A stretch of DNA of 64,000 bases from Eledone cirrhosa (GCA_964016885.1 OZ024745.1:36456001-36520000); one strand, 5' to 3'. Numbered from the stretch's first letter, positions 27,159 through 43,614 are shown. Made by a program: numbers and translations. Notes: a model not told the origin generated them from the sequence alone.

Positions 27159-28074
27159 AAATGGAATAGAATGAAATGAAATTTCATTTCTCACTCTTAG
27201 TACGGCACTTACTTAAATGTAGGTATGTATGTATGTATACGTAGATACATATATGTATACAGACGTACAGTAGCATGTATATATATACATACATGCACAC
27301 ATATATATATGCACGTATCGGCTTACCGAACATTTATTATAATGCACGGTTTGTTTGTTTGTAAACAAACAAACAGCCCGAATTACGCCGTACAGTGTTT
27401 AGGCAACCACGTCACCTTTTTGTTCAACACTGACACAGGAACGATGTACTAGTTTCAGACTTATTAGCTATCGTCAGCATCGTATACCTTCCTGCCAGAT
27501 GGTTGAACGTCTGAAAGTATATACTTTCCTTCTGCATATTAACGGCTGAGTAGCCTAATTTGCATATCGAGTGAGTTCATTCGGCCGGGCACACCGAAAA
27601 CGATAAATGGAATAGAATGAAACGAAATTTCATTTCTCACTCTTAGTACGGCACTTACTTAAATGTAGGTATGTATGTATGTATACGTACATACATATAT
27701 GTATAGAGACGTACAGTAGTATGTATATATATACATACATGCACACATATATATATGCACGTATCGGCTTACCGAACATTTATTATAATGCTCGGTGTGT
27801 TTGTTTGTAAACAAACAAACAGCCCGAATTACGCTGTACAGTGTTTAGGCAACCACGTCGCCTATTTGTTCAACACTGACACAGTACAACACTGAAACTA
27901 GTACATCGTTCCTGTGTCAGTGTTGAACAAAAAGGTGACGTGGTTGCCTAAACACTGTACGGCGTAATTCGGGCTGTTTGTTTTTTACAAACAAACAAAC
28001 CGAGCATTATAATAAATGTTTGGTAAACCGATACATACATATATGTATGTACGTGTACATACATACATACTTAC

Positions 28075-28078
<4 letters not shown>
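27159..28078 (-). mobile_element. Family J element: 446 bp partial tandem plus inverted arm
   Basis: Unit starts at 27159 and 27605. ~27892-28078 is an inverted copy starting at the HHR GAAAC. Confidence 0.8.
27441..27483 (-). ncRNA. Minimal type I hammerhead
   Basis: ACGAUG CUGACGA UAGCUAAUAAGUCU GAA ACUAGU A CAUCGU. 6 bp stem I and palindromic stem III. Confidence 0.8.
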
Positions 28079-28148
<70 letters not shown>

Positions 28149-28150
<2 letters not shown>

Positions 28151-29163
28151 TGTGTTTGTCTGTTTCTCTCTTTCTGCTTCCCCCTCTCTCTGTTTCTCTC
28201 ACTTTCTTTCGCCCCCTCTGACAGTTACACTTTCTCTCGACTGGCCTCTTCCTCGGACTTCCACTCACTCACTCTCTGCTTCTCCCCTTCTCACTTCCTC
28301 CCGTTTTGGCGTGAAGTGGGATCCTTTCTTGCTCACACCTCACTCGCGTCGCACGGTCTGTTGTCTCTCGCTCATGAAATCCACACGGCTTAAGCTGATC
28401 GGACTCCCATGTGCTTGTTTTTTCCTATCTTTGCGTTGCTATCCTTCTATGTTTGTTTACTTGTTTCGCTCGCTTTACGCAATTTACTCGTCCCAATAGC
28501 TTTATTTAGCTATTGCTCGCACCAACTGGAGGTATATGATTTTTAAAGCGATGAAATACCAATGAAGGTTGAAAAATCACTGATGAAGGTCTATTTTTAT
28601 CATATGTAATCCGTGTGCAACCACGCAGCACTCAATTCTTCTCATGTTTTTTATATATATTTTCCCCAGCTGCGTTTGTCTGTTTCTCTGTTACTGCTTC
28701 ACCCCTCTCTCTGTTTCTCTCACCTTCTTTCGCCCTTTCTGTTATTTACACTTTCTCTCGACTGGCCTCTTCCTCACACTTCCACTCACTCTCTCTCTCT
28801 CTGCTTCTCCCCTTCTCACTTCCTCCCGTTTTGGCGTGAAGTGGGGTCCTTTCTTGCTCACACCTCACTCGCATCGCACGGTCTGTTGTATCTCGCTCAT
28901 GAAATCACACGGCTTAAGCTGATCGGACTCCCATGTGCTTGTTTTTTCCTATCTTTGCGTTGCTATCCTTCTATGTTTGTTTACTTGTCTCGCTCGCTTT
29001 ACGCAATTTACTTGTCCCAATAGCTTTATTTAGCTCGCACCAACTGGAGGTATATGATATTTAAAGCGATGAAATACCAATGAAGGTTGGCAAATCACTG
29101 ATGAAGGACTATTTTTATCATATGTAACCCATATGCAACCACGCAGTATTCATTCTTCTCATG

Positions 29164-29170
<7 letters not shown>
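28149..29170 (+). mobile_element. Family C head-to-tail dimer (~518 bp unit)
   Basis: Two diverged direct copies starting at 28149 and 28669. Structured motifs at 28522-28586 and 29040-29104. (TA)n flanks. Confidence 0.85.
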
Positions 29171-29194
<24 letters not shown>

Positions 29195-29424
29195 CAATAA
29201 ACATATGAGATACCCGCTCTCAAAGAAAAAGTATTCTTCTCTTTTTTGCACTGTGAACATATCACTTGTATCTCAGTAGCAGTCAAGAATGGTAGATATT
29301 GCTGTTCCAAGATTCTGTAATCTCTTAGCAGTGACATTCACTCAACTGGTACTGAAATGAAAACATACCAGAGTCTAATTAGATTTCTCGTGATAGAATG
29401 AATACCACAAAAAATTGTATCAGC

Positions 29425-29509
<85 letters not shown>

Positions 29510-29585
29510 TCCCCTCTCTCTCTCTATCTCTCATGTGTGTGTGTATGGAGGTGTGTATATGCATATATATATAATATATATATAC

Positions 29586-29666
<81 letters not shown>

Positions 29667-31855
29667 CATATATGTCTATATATATAGATATAGAGAAGTA
29701 GAGAGAAATGGATGGATAGATGGATAGATAGATAGATTGTCTTAAGCTCAATTTCTTTTTCGATATTAAAAAAAATATTCTATTCAATTAAGACTTTCAA
29801 TGAAACGACAAAAGATAAACAATAAGTTCTCATAGAGTGAAATTATTTCGAGCCATATATATCGTTCTGTGTAATTAGAATGTTACAAAGAACAGAGCTT
29901 CACATCGGATGATTGTCAACAATGCCACTTAAAAGATTATCAAAATAATAGAAAACAACAAAGGGGAAGATATGCAACAGTTACGAATTCGATTAGAATT
30001 CGTTTCTCTAATGTCCTGTGAGAGTTCAATAAAGGAGCGCTTTGTTCATTTCTTGGTCATTCAATATAGTGGAGCCACAAGTATTTGGATAGTCGTCACA
30101 TGTATCTCTTCCCACCACCCCTCTCGTTAAGACATTGAAAATAATGTAAAATAACCAAGTAAAGTTATCAATAATATGAATGAGAAAAAAACCAAACGTT
30201 GGTTCATCTTGTCGTTTAAAGGGCGTTTATTTGATTTCTTTCTGTTTGTTTTAATTTAATATTCTTTTGTATAGCTGTGATCTTTTACACGAGGTCGATA
30301 TAATAACCATGATCTGTTGGTCAAAGGGTAGTTCTCTATCACGTTCTTGCTTTTCATTACGGTTTGGAGTAGCTGTGTGTACTTCATTTTTACTGTTTTT
30401 CTGTTGTTTTTGTTTCTTTATTTGTTTTTGGTTTGTTTCCATTACTCATCCCCACATAAAGTAGTTCCCACACAATCATTTCATTCCTCCATTCATATAT
30501 CCATCATATCTCCTCTTTAATATTTCATATCGATCCATCCATCTATCCAACTTTCCTCCATCCATCTCGTCATATATTCAGCCAACCATTTTTCGATCCA
30601 TGCATCCATTAATCCATCAACCCTTCCATACTTTAGTCCGTTCAAGCATCTATCCAATTATCATCATTCTGTCTATCTTCCATCTATATATCCACTGCGC
30701 CATATATATATATATATCCGACCAACCAATAATGTAGAAGCTAAAGAAACCGGTTTGAAATGACAGGCAATTGCAAATAGCATCACTACCAGCAAAAGTA
30801 GCAATATTTGCAGCAGCAGTAGTAGTACTAACATCAGGAAACTAAACAACATTAAGTTATTTCTAAACAGAGAAAATATTAATTGATTACTATTTTGCCG
30901 TATTTATCGATTTGTTTAAATGAGTGACAAGGAATAACCCCTCCTACTCCTAATCCACCATCACCACCATCACCACCATTACCACCGCCTCTCCTTTCTC
31001 TGCTCCTCCCCCTGCCCCTCCTTTTCTAGCTACTTCTTTTACAACAGGGGTACCAAAATCGAATTACTGTGAAAATACAAATTTATTGATAAAATGTATG
31101 CCAATATTTGCATAACTGGTATATATGCTGGATTTCTTTTCGATTAGAACTAAAAGAATTTCTATAAAACCCAACCAGTATCGCCCCTATAACTTGTTGC
31201 TACCATTTAGCCAAAGCTGGAGAGCACAATTGTTTAACACCAACCTTTCATATGTCATGTTCACTTTAGTCTCCTGTTTCTTTCATTTTTTTTTTTTTGT
31301 TTTGTTTTTGTTTTTTCATTTATATTATTATTTTTATTATTTGAAGTTCGCTTTAGATTTCATTTTACAGTTCGATAAAATAAACTACCAGTAATGCACT
31401 GGCGTCAATTTAATCGATTTTCCTCTTTCCAAAAAATTGTCGGTCTTTTGCCTCAATCAGATACCATTATCATTGTTGTTGTTGTCCATATTGTAGGCTT
31501 ATCTTCCGTTGTTGTTTTACGATTGCAGTAGAGGGTTATTACCTATCACCAAATGCCCTTTGGGATTCTTCCATCAGCTCAAAATTTCGAGCAGTATAAT
31601 TTGAAATTTGTTATATATCTGCTCGAATCTCGATTTCAAACTTCCCCAATCATGACGTCATTTCCTTCGCGATCCTATCAAGAATGTCTACTACAGCTGG
31701 CAGAATTTCAACAATTTCCATACTTCACACTCTTGGACTTAATCTTATTTTAAATGTATGTATGTTCGTATATATATGCATACAACTAATAAATATATAT
31801 CTACCAAAAGAGATATATTATTAGTCTAACGAGTTGACGGCCAATTTATATGTAA

Positions 31856-31895
<40 letters not shown>

Positions 31896-33094
31896 CTCCC
31901 ACATATAAGCGAGCTTTTGTTACGATAATCCTTATTTCATAAGGTATTTTTCATGCATCCGTTCTTGCCTTCTAGCTATAAACTAATTAAATATATTTTG
32001 TCATTTTTTCTTACCGTTCAATTTTGTTTTACTCCTATATTCCTATACACTATAATATTTTATTCACCCGCTTTTCTGTTCCCAATCTCTTTATTCTAAA
32101 TTGAAGTTGAGAATGAAAACCTTATTACACTCCATTAAAGTCAAAGTGTTTATCATTTATCTTCATCGTTCCAACAATATTATCGCTTTACTTGTTTGGA
32201 AAGCAACTTTATATTCTCAGCCACATACACGGGGTAAATGTGGTATGACAATACATTAATCTTCCTGCATTCAATATTGTGAGCGTCAACGCAGGGTGAT
32301 AATGCATCTGGCACCACCCACCCATCCAACTTTATATTCATCTAACGTAAAACGTTGACCAGATTTACTGCATATATAAACTTAGTCTTACTTTTCCGCT
32401 TTGACTTTGCAGCTGAAGGGTTAAACTGTTCTATGAGCTTTCTGATATCAGGCAGTATTTTTTCATATATATATAAAACCTCTGCTATAATCGTCAGTAG
32501 CAAGGTACTAGCTTATGGAGACTTGCCAACTTAGCAAAGAGTTTCTTTCTAAACAGTTAAATATGATTTATAAATGACTAGGTTAAGCTCTGTTATCTTT
32601 AACGACATAAAATGCTTCACTCTCTTTTTATATAACTCATTTTATCTCTCTATCTCTCTATTTCCATACCTCTCTTTCTTTCATAAACTCTCTGTCTCAC
32701 ACCCGTTCTCTTATTTATAAGGGATAACTCGACACTAAATCTCCTCTATTCAATATTTAAAGGTGAACTTTCCTTGGAACGAAAAATGTAATCAAAATGG
32801 CGTAAATACCTTTCAAACGTAAAAACGCTTATCTGCTTATATGATTTGAATATACATTCTATAAAGACATTTTTTTAAGAGAAGAAAAATCTTATGAAGG
32901 GTATAATAAAGGGATAATGATAGTTGATTAAATTATATATATACATATGATACATATATACCTTCTTCTTCGCCTACTTATTCCTCAGTGGGGAGCAGAT
33001 TCCTCAAACAATCATATATATATATACACACAAAAATATGGGTTAGGAAGAGGAGACTGTGCGGTTACTGAAAACAAAGTGTTAGAAGGTAAGG

Positions 33095-33154
<60 letters not shown>

Positions 33155-33186
33155 CAATTTGTCAGCATTTTCTATTCCGTTTACCA

Positions 33187-33220
<34 letters not shown>

Positions 33221-33319
33221 ATCACTTCTGGAATGCCTTTGATGTTAAATCATTATAATGGCCAAATGCAATATACACCAATATATAAACTCGAATCTTT
33301 CAGTCTATGTACGCTTTTT

Positions 33320-33320
<1 letters not shown>

Positions 33321-33395
<75 letters not shown>

Positions 33396-33463
33396 TGTAG
33401 TTGTTGTTGTTGATGTTGATGTTGATGTTGTCGTTGTTGTCGTTGTTGTTATTGTTGTTGTTG
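33321..33463. repeat. (TAG)n/(TTG)n microsatellite
   Basis: Directly visible trinucleotide array. Confidence 0.95.
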
Positions 33464-33655
33464 AAACAAATTTAAACGGTTGACTAGAGTGTGCGGGATA
33501 TATATGAGGATGTTTGGTTTTTCCCTTGTCATAATATTTCATATCCAGTATCTTTACAGAAAACTGATCGGAAGCAAAAGCAACAAGTATTTATATTTTC
33601 AGTAAAGAAAAGCTATGAATTAAGTTTTCCAGAATATATTACTTTCAAAATAAAA

Positions 33656-33888
<233 letters not shown>

Positions 33889-34078
33889 GGAACAGGTAAG
33901 ACCCCGAAGGCTGAGCTCAAGCCGTTTCGACGGCTAATTCTGGTACAGAATTAGCCATCGAAACGGCTTGAGCTCAGCCGTCGGGGTCTTACTTGTTCCT
34001 ATTACCCACTCTACTACCCTAAGTATTGAGTACTTTGGTGCGTTATGGTCAACCTGGTTCCTTACCACATTTCCTTCG

Positions 34079-34081
<3 letters not shown>
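33889..34081 (+). mobile_element. Solo family A pLTR 3' end with 5' inversion
   Basis: Forward part matches 9127-9262. Inverted arm 33889-33943, junction in HHR loop II. Confidence 0.85.
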
Positions 34082-34128
<47 letters not shown>

Positions 34129-34130
34129 TA

Positions 34131-34367
34131 TAATAATGAATTTGAAGACTAAAATCCAAAGAGGGCTTGATAAGGATAAGTATATATCAAATATATAAGA
34201 ACCGTAGAGCAAATATTTATTAAAATAACAGATTAAAGTTTAAGCAAAGAATCGCTGATTTCACCTTTAACGGGATCTTCTGAAACTCCCGTTAAGGGTG
34301 AAAGCACTTTCAGAAGATCCCGTTAAGGGTAAAAGCAGCGATTCTTTGCTTAAACTTTAATCTGTTA

Positions 34368-34375
<8 letters not shown>
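34131..34375 (-). mobile_element. Family B element with HHR (34237-34287, minus) and a complex inverted junction
   Basis: Stem I AGUUU/AAACU, core CAGAAGA. Two forward re-copies of the stem II region at 34287-34356. Confidence 0.75.
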
Positions 34376-34418
<43 letters not shown>

Positions 34419-34440
34419 ATACTTTGGGAGGGTCATATAT

Positions 34441-35067
34441 ATATATCGTTTCTGAATTTGTTTAGCAAGATTCTTTACCTGAAAACGTGTGTTGAAACCG
34501 TTATACTTTGGGAGGGTCATGTTGCCAATAAGAAACACACGCACCAGTTGCTTTCACTTCAATTTATTATAATAAATCTATAAATTTAGGAATTTATAAA
34601 TTTCCGGTTGGTTGGCTGGTTGGTTCCACAACCAAATGGTTGTTTATATATTGTCAAAGTTCTTTCGTCACACATTCTGCGACCTCTTCAGTGACTGGGG
34701 ATTCTTTTCTTAGTTTTTGTGCCTCTCCTTTGTTCTGTCCTACGCCATTTTGTTTCACACAGAAACAAAATGGCGTAGGACAGAACAATGGAGAGGCACA
34801 AAAACAAAGAAAAGAATCCCCAGTCACTGAAGGGGTCACAGAATGTGTGACGAAAGAACTTTGACAATATATAAACAACCATCTGGTTGTGGAACCAACC
34901 AGACAACCGGAAATTTATAAATTCCTAAATTTATAAATTTATTATAATAAATTGAAGTGAAAGCAACTGGTGCGTGTGTTTCTTATTGGCAACATGACCC
35001 TCCCAAAGTATAACGGTTTCAACACACGTTTTCAGATAAAGAATCTTGCTAAACAAATTCAGAAACG

Positions 35068-35072
<5 letters not shown>
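34441..35072. mobile_element. Family H near-perfect palindromic element (~310 bp arms, 5 bp spacer)
   Basis: Arms end at 34756 and start at 34762; both run into (TA)n. Diverged relative at ~47140-47330. Confidence 0.88.
34653..34695 (-). ncRNA. Minimal type I hammerhead
   Basis: GUCA CUGAAGA G GUCGCA GAAUG UGUGAC GAA AG AA CU U UGAC. The mirror at 34823-34865 has A9 mutated to G. Confidence 0.7.
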
Positions 35073-35152
<80 letters not shown>

Positions 35153-35154
35153 TA

Positions 35155-35848
35155 TATATTACACAAAGAGAAGTGTGTTACACAGTGAGATGCGTGTAAT
35201 GAATTATTACAAGGGTGCTCAGAAGGAAATTCTCTATTCTTCTTTGAGCTAATACTACTATTATTACAGTGAACTGCGGAATACTCTTAATTCCGATTTT
35301 TGTATACTTAATGACCTCCAAATTGTTGAGCTAATAAATTCGAATGGTTGGGCTGCATTTTCTAGCGTCTTCCCCAATCCACGATAGCCTTTATTTGATG
35401 CAAATAACACGTGATTTCGCCCTACTCTGGCCAGCGTATCTATTAGCAATCTCTCTATCCATGAGGTTAGATGTGTAGTGTTCAGTGTTCGCATTTACTG
35501 ACTGAGGATCCTGTGACCTGTTACTTCACATATAGGTGGTGAAACGAAGCGAGATTCGTATCAGCAAAATATAGTTATAAGGTTTGTGATGTAAAACTCT
35601 AATCCAGAGATTTGATCCTATATTGTTTTTTTTTCTATTTAATTGCTAACCTGTAGATATTGTTCTCTATACAGTAACGGTAAAATCACTTGTAATAATT
35701 CTTTACACACATCTCACTGTGTAACACACATCTCTTTGTGTAATATATACATGCATTTGAGCTCAGAAGGAAATTCTCTATTCTTCTTTGAGCTAAAACT
35801 ATTATTATTTGTTACAGTGAACTGCGGAATACTCTTAATTCCGATCTT
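35155..35848 (+). mobile_element. Family L copy 2 with hammerhead at 35493-35570
   Basis: Inverted 5' piece; direct repeat offset 544 bp (35217/35761). HHR reads CUGAGGA..GAA ACGAA/UUCGU A UCAG. Confidence 0.8.
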
Positions 35849-35913
35849 TTTATATATATATATACACAGTTTTTATTTTGTAAGTAATATATACTATAAA
35901 ACTTAATTCATAG

Positions 35914-36049
<136 letters not shown>

Positions 36050-37224
36050 ATATATATATACTAGCAGAATGGCCCAGCGTTACTCGAGATTTGCTCTAGG
36101 GTTCTTATATATTTGATATATACTGATCCTTATTGAGCCTCGTGAAATAAATACGTTTATTTATATTTTGTTATTGTGTATGCAAAAATATCTGTACACG
36201 AATATATAATTATATATATAACTACTTATATGTATAACCAGCAATTTCTCTGTCTGTCTGTCCGACAGTGGAAACACGTGCGTAGAGAGAGAGTGAGAGT
36301 GAAAGAAAGAGACAGACTACGAGAGGGGGATAGCGGGAGGGAGAGAGGGAGAGAGAAAGAGTGAATAAACGCTAAAACACGTGCTACAGAAATATTACCT
36401 TCCCCTTCCTTTATAGGGACATTACCTTCCCCTCTCCACTGACTTTGGTCACTGAGGCCGAGGGAATCGCTGGTTGCTATAGAGACACCTTGCACAAGCC
36501 AGAAGTAACCAGTTCGAGGCGGTTCTGACTTGACACCATGCGAAGAAGGTTGCCATTGAATTTGTGGTTGTTGCTGCTGTAATAAGGACCATTTGAAGAA
36601 GGTTGCTGCTGATAAGGTAATTTATTAATCAGATTGCGCAGTTCCATAACCTACGTTTGATTTGTTCAATTTTTTTCTTCAATTTTTGTTGTTGTTTTTT
36701 TTTATTTCTTATTGAAAAAATATAAATAATAAAATAAGGTTAGAAATTTAAATAAATTAAATACGATTTAATTTCCATTTCCAGCAGCCAATGTCCAGTG
36801 TTCAATTTCTTGAAAAAAATTGGAAATAATTAAAAAAATTGAAGTTTAACTTTTGAACATTTGTTTTGACAATAAAAAAATATTTCCTTATTCACACCTA
36901 ATGGTATGATTAAAATTTCATAGGAATATTTTTTTCTAACCGCCAGTTATTTAAATATTATTAAAAATAATTTTTTTTTATAATTCTTGCGAATTTGTGT
37001 TTTGTAATGACCCTCAGGACGCTGCTATTGTTGATTCCAATAGTGCCTGGTATTCGAATATGTTAGTATACAATTTTTTGAATAAAATTAAGGCGCAATT
37101 AGAGCTGCCAAGCAAAATTTTTTTCGGCTTCGGCCCATATTATTTTTGGGAAAATTCTATTGGCTCTAATGAGTCTGCCTCTGTTGGCGTTATTTGCGAC
37201 AGTCACCATTTCTTGACTTTCAAG

Positions 37225-37740
37225 TCTATATATGTAAAGCTGAGGTTGTCTGTCTGTCTACTAAAGCCTTCGGCACACATCTCCTCTTAAACCGTACGTT
37301 TAAATTTCGGGGAAATTGCTACACTTATAGATGAAGGTCCGGCGGAGTCACTGTCTGTCTGTCTGTCTACTAAAACCTTCGACACACAGCTCCTCTTAAA
37401 CCATACCTTCAAATTTCGGTGAAATTGCTACACTTATAGATGAAGGTCCGGTGGAGTCTTTGGTCAAAAACATTTTCACATCGACCCACGCCAAGTGTAA
37501 AAATCGAATTTGTAATCTATATATATATAAAACTGAGGTTGTCTGTATGTCTGTCTACTAAAACCTTCGGCACACATCTCCTCTTAAACCATACATTCAA
37601 ATTTCGGTGAAATTGCTACACTTATAGATGAAGGTCCGGCGGAGTCAACATTTTTCAAATCGACCCACGCCAAGTGTAAAAATCGAATTTGTAATCTCCT
37701 TATAATATATAACCAGCAATTTCTCTATCTGTCTGTCCGT
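37225..37740 (+). mobile_element. Array of Helitron-like 5' ends with ~100 bp internal repeats
   Basis: TCTATATAT..AAA(A/G)CTGAGG starts at 37225 and 37516, the same as at 57069. Three copies of CTGTCTACTAAA..GAAGGTCCGG. Confidence 0.6.
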
Positions 37741-37761
37741 TTTTTTTTTGTTTTTTTTTTC

Positions 37762-38349
37762 CCACACGCCACCTACACCCACAACACGCTTAAACCCCAC
37801 ACACACGTGCGTTCCACCACATATTTACACATTCAGCCTCCGGATTCTTCTCCCCCCACCCCTCTATCCACACACGCACGCACACTCCGACCTACACCCC
37901 ACCACACACACCTCTTCCTGAACATGCAACCCGTTCTTCCCCCAACCCTTGCTTTCACATACACACACACACACACACGTACACCTACACACACACACCA
38001 CCTTCAGCCCTCCCCGCTCGGACACCCCGTCTCCCTCTCCCCACTCCACCCGCAACCACCCCTACACGCCCCACACCCTTCCACCACCTGTTTTACCCCA
38101 TTTTAATTTTATTTTGATCATGCTTTTATTTTTAATTTCATTCGCACCGTTTCCTCCCACCCCCTTTTCGCTATATGTCTCTTCACCACTCCCTTACACA
38201 CCCTTTGAACTCTCTTCCCGCACACTTTTCACCTGAAGAAGGGCTTATGCCCGAAACGTCGTTCCCCACCACCACCCCACTCTCAAGAGCGTGAAATTAA
38301 TAAACATTCGTTGTACTGCCTCTCTGTTTTGTTCCTGTTCAAATTTTCC

Positions 38350-38352
<3 letters not shown>
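37762..38352 (+). mobile_element. PLE-type 3' UTR/pLTR fragment with minimal HHR (38231-38262)
   Basis: CUGAAGA A GGGC UUAU GCCC GAA ACGU C, with only a 2 bp stem I. AATAAA downstream; ends in (TA)n. Confidence 0.6.
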
Positions 38353-38435
<83 letters not shown>

Positions 38436-38443
38436 CGAGAGAT

Positions 38444-38522
<79 letters not shown>

Positions 38523-38867
38523 TACATATATAAGAAGAGAACGAGAAAGAGATATGAATCGATAGGTCGATAGATAAATAGATAATGTTGTTTAGTGTGT
38601 AGTAGTAATCACTAAAGAGGGAGTTATTAATATAAAGACACAGTATACGGTAAGTATACTATATTATACAACGTACATGACAAACTGTTATATAACTTCT
38701 TAGGTACTCGTAGCTTCCTGATGCAAGCTGTTGGTATTGATGTGGCTTCTTTCCAATCGCTGACGAATGAAGCAACAATAATGTTAGCTAGCTTCGGGTG
38801 GTTCCTAGTACCTAGGACTTTATGCGACAGTTTATCATGCATTTTATATAATATACTTAATATAGTT

Positions 38868-38903
<36 letters not shown>

Positions 38904-38924
38904 ATGTGTGTATGTGTGTATGTA

Positions 38925-38970
<46 letters not shown>

Positions 38971-39325
38971 CTTCTTATACATATATCTATATATATATAA
39001 CTAGCCCATATAAGATTTGTTCGGAATATTTACCACTCGTTACCTCGGGGGACATTGAAATCTGTCGGTGAGTATTCAGAGCATCAGTGGCTGGTGAACT
39101 GAAAAAAGTTAATCTCGTTAATCACGACATATAGCAGTCATTGACATCAGGGATGTGTAGCATATCAATCGATGAGCAACGGAAAAGTTAATTAACTCTA
39201 GCTCTCTATATCACCGAGAAGTACTAACTTTCTTAGAACAATAGTGAATGATAGTTTCAGTGTGTGGGCACAATAATATAAATTTGGTGATTAATTACAC
39301 GCCAAAATCTATACATATACATAAG

Positions 39326-39404
<79 letters not shown>

Positions 39405-39813
39405 GGGGGTGGGGGGAGGGTCGTGTGCCTGGGTGTGTGTATGTATGATGTATGTATGTATGTATGTATATAAGTCAGTAAACATCAAAAATTCATTTTC
39501 AACTTTCGTCACCTCAGTTTTAATAAAGCTTTTCATTCATTTTATAGGAGAGTTTCAGCCAGGTTCTAGCAACATGTAAACTGAGAACATGAATCAACAA
39601 TAAAATAGTAATCTGCGGTGCATTTGATCCGGAAATATACTCTTTTATATACAGAAAGAGACTCGTCTTATAAGTACATATTTACATGCACATACATATA
39701 TACAAAGATGCATGCATATATACATACCTTCATATCTACTTAAATACATATACATATGTATGCCCGCACGCACACAGACACGTACATGTATGCATATATA
39801 TATATATACACAC

Positions 39814-39869
<56 letters not shown>

Positions 39870-41180
39870 AGTTCATAAATAAAACAAACACAAAGATGCA
39901 AAAATACCAAGTCATATTTGGTTCTTTGTATGCGCGAGCGTCTGTGTGTGTGTGCAAACATATTGACATATATAGGCACACCTTTGTGAGTTAAATGTTC
40001 ATAATGATAAATTCCTTGTACTTCCCGTAGAGAATTTGTAAGGTAAGAATGCTCTTGTCTGTAAAATAGTTATTACGTAAAGATAATATCTACTAAATCA
40101 TCGGAGAAAGAAATATAATTAGAAATACATATAAAGAAATTGAAAACACAGGGTGGAAATATTACAGCAAGAAAAAATATATACCCAAACAACATAAAAT
40201 ATTTGTGTAAAATATAAGATCCTAAGAATCATCCTATGTATTGTCGCATTGTGTAAAAGTAACATATTGTTCGCAAACATAATTTATATGAGATAGTAAG
40301 AAAATATTCATCACAATATTCCGATATTGAAATTGACATATAATAATATCAATAATTCTCATCCTATATGTAAATATTGCATAACAGAATTGAGAATGGT
40401 AAAGAACACTAAGCTATTTCATGATATTCTAAAGAAAATGAAGATTATCGCAAAAAGAAATTATACATAATTCAAATGTATAAATAAATAAAACATCTCG
40501 GGATTTTTAACCTCAAAGACATACGTCTAGTTTTACCACCGAGGTGTTTCTAAGAAGTCACACGATTAACTAAAAATAGCAACCAATGTCCTTGGAATAA
40601 CTTTGTCTAATTCAAGAACAAGACCAGGTTGGGTAATTGAGGATGGATCCCATGAAATAAACTTCAAAATTTTACTTGTACTATATGTTATTGACTCGGG
40701 ACGGTAGAATGGCAGTTAGGACGTGGGCAAAATTTAAAATAATAGTGTCAGGAAGTGAAAGACATAAAACAAAGCATTTTTCTATCACTCTACCAATTCT
40801 GCCAATCAATGTATATATATATATGTATAGTTGAGGCACACATTTGAATCTGCGTACGGGTATGTGTGTGTGTTTGTGCGTGTATTCACGCGAGTGCTTC
40901 TGTCTATTGCGCATTAGTTAAACCATTCTATCGTCACAATGTTCAGGCCTTTAAGAAATTTGATCCAGAAGCTGACCCTTCGACTAACAACGTTTTTATT
41001 ATTTTTTCTCTTTCTCAATATTTTGAATAGTCGCATGTATTATTCCAGTAGTTTTTCACACCATTTTCAGGATATAATATCATGCAATCCCACCATGATG
41101 CTGATGTTAGAAATTAGATTGTCAAGTGTGTGGCTGGTGAGGAACAGAGATGGTTTTGTTCGTTCATTCAATATGTTCCG

Positions 41181-41282
<102 letters not shown>

Positions 41283-41302
41283 GTGTGTGTATGTGTGTCT
41301 GT

Positions 41303-41380
<78 letters not shown>

Positions 41381-42070
41381 ACATACATATACGTGCGTGT
41401 GTATATATGTATGTTTGTGCATAGAGAAAGAAAGACGAAAAGCAAAAGGCGTAAGAGGAGAGAACGTTTATATAAGTTTTTATGGGATATATAAATTAAT
41501 TTAGTTTATGCTATTGTGATATATTATTTGATTAGCTTTCCTTTGAAATGAATATTTAACAATTTGTTTAGTATGAAAGAAATATTGTATAAAGCGGCGG
41601 GGAATATGATATATGGAATTCGTTCCGGTTATCTACACACTGAGATCTTAACCCACCGGAGTCAACTCTATCTTTCAGAATTTCGAGTTCGATAAATAAA
41701 GTTTCGGTCTAGCATTGGGGTCGATTTTTTATTGATTTTTCTGGCTTATTTAGTTTTTCCATCGCTCCTTTTCTTTCTCCAGAAAAAAATGTTTGGTCAG
41801 AACGGTAGAGGGTTTAGCTCGGCTAGTTTTAAAATGCCCAAAATATGCAGTGTCTCGTGTCTCAGGAGACCATCGATAACCTACGACACCATTCCAAGGT
41901 AAGTGTCGAGTCTATGGCATGTTTATTGTAAGATAATATGAGTTCATTGGATCTAGTTATTCTTGGGGTTCCCAAAGATAAAACTGCTATAATATTCGAA
42001 ACACAGATTAACAGATTACACACACACACGCATACACACACGCATACACACACGCATACACACACACACA

Positions 42071-43458
<1,388 letters not shown>

Positions 43459-43614
43459 TTATTATTCATTCTTTATATACACTCCGGAATACAGAAGGAT
43501 CAGGAACTAAGTTTCTTCAACAATTCTTCCATAACTCGTAGAGTAACCTCTCACCGTACGTCAACTCTATCCAGTGTAGTAATTAACCATTACTACATCT
43601 TGGGTAACCTATAC

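Noticed and set aside
37225-37700. CRISPR-like repeat array
   Set aside because: Eukaryotic context; the ~100 bp repeats lack unique spacers and have Helitron-type starts.
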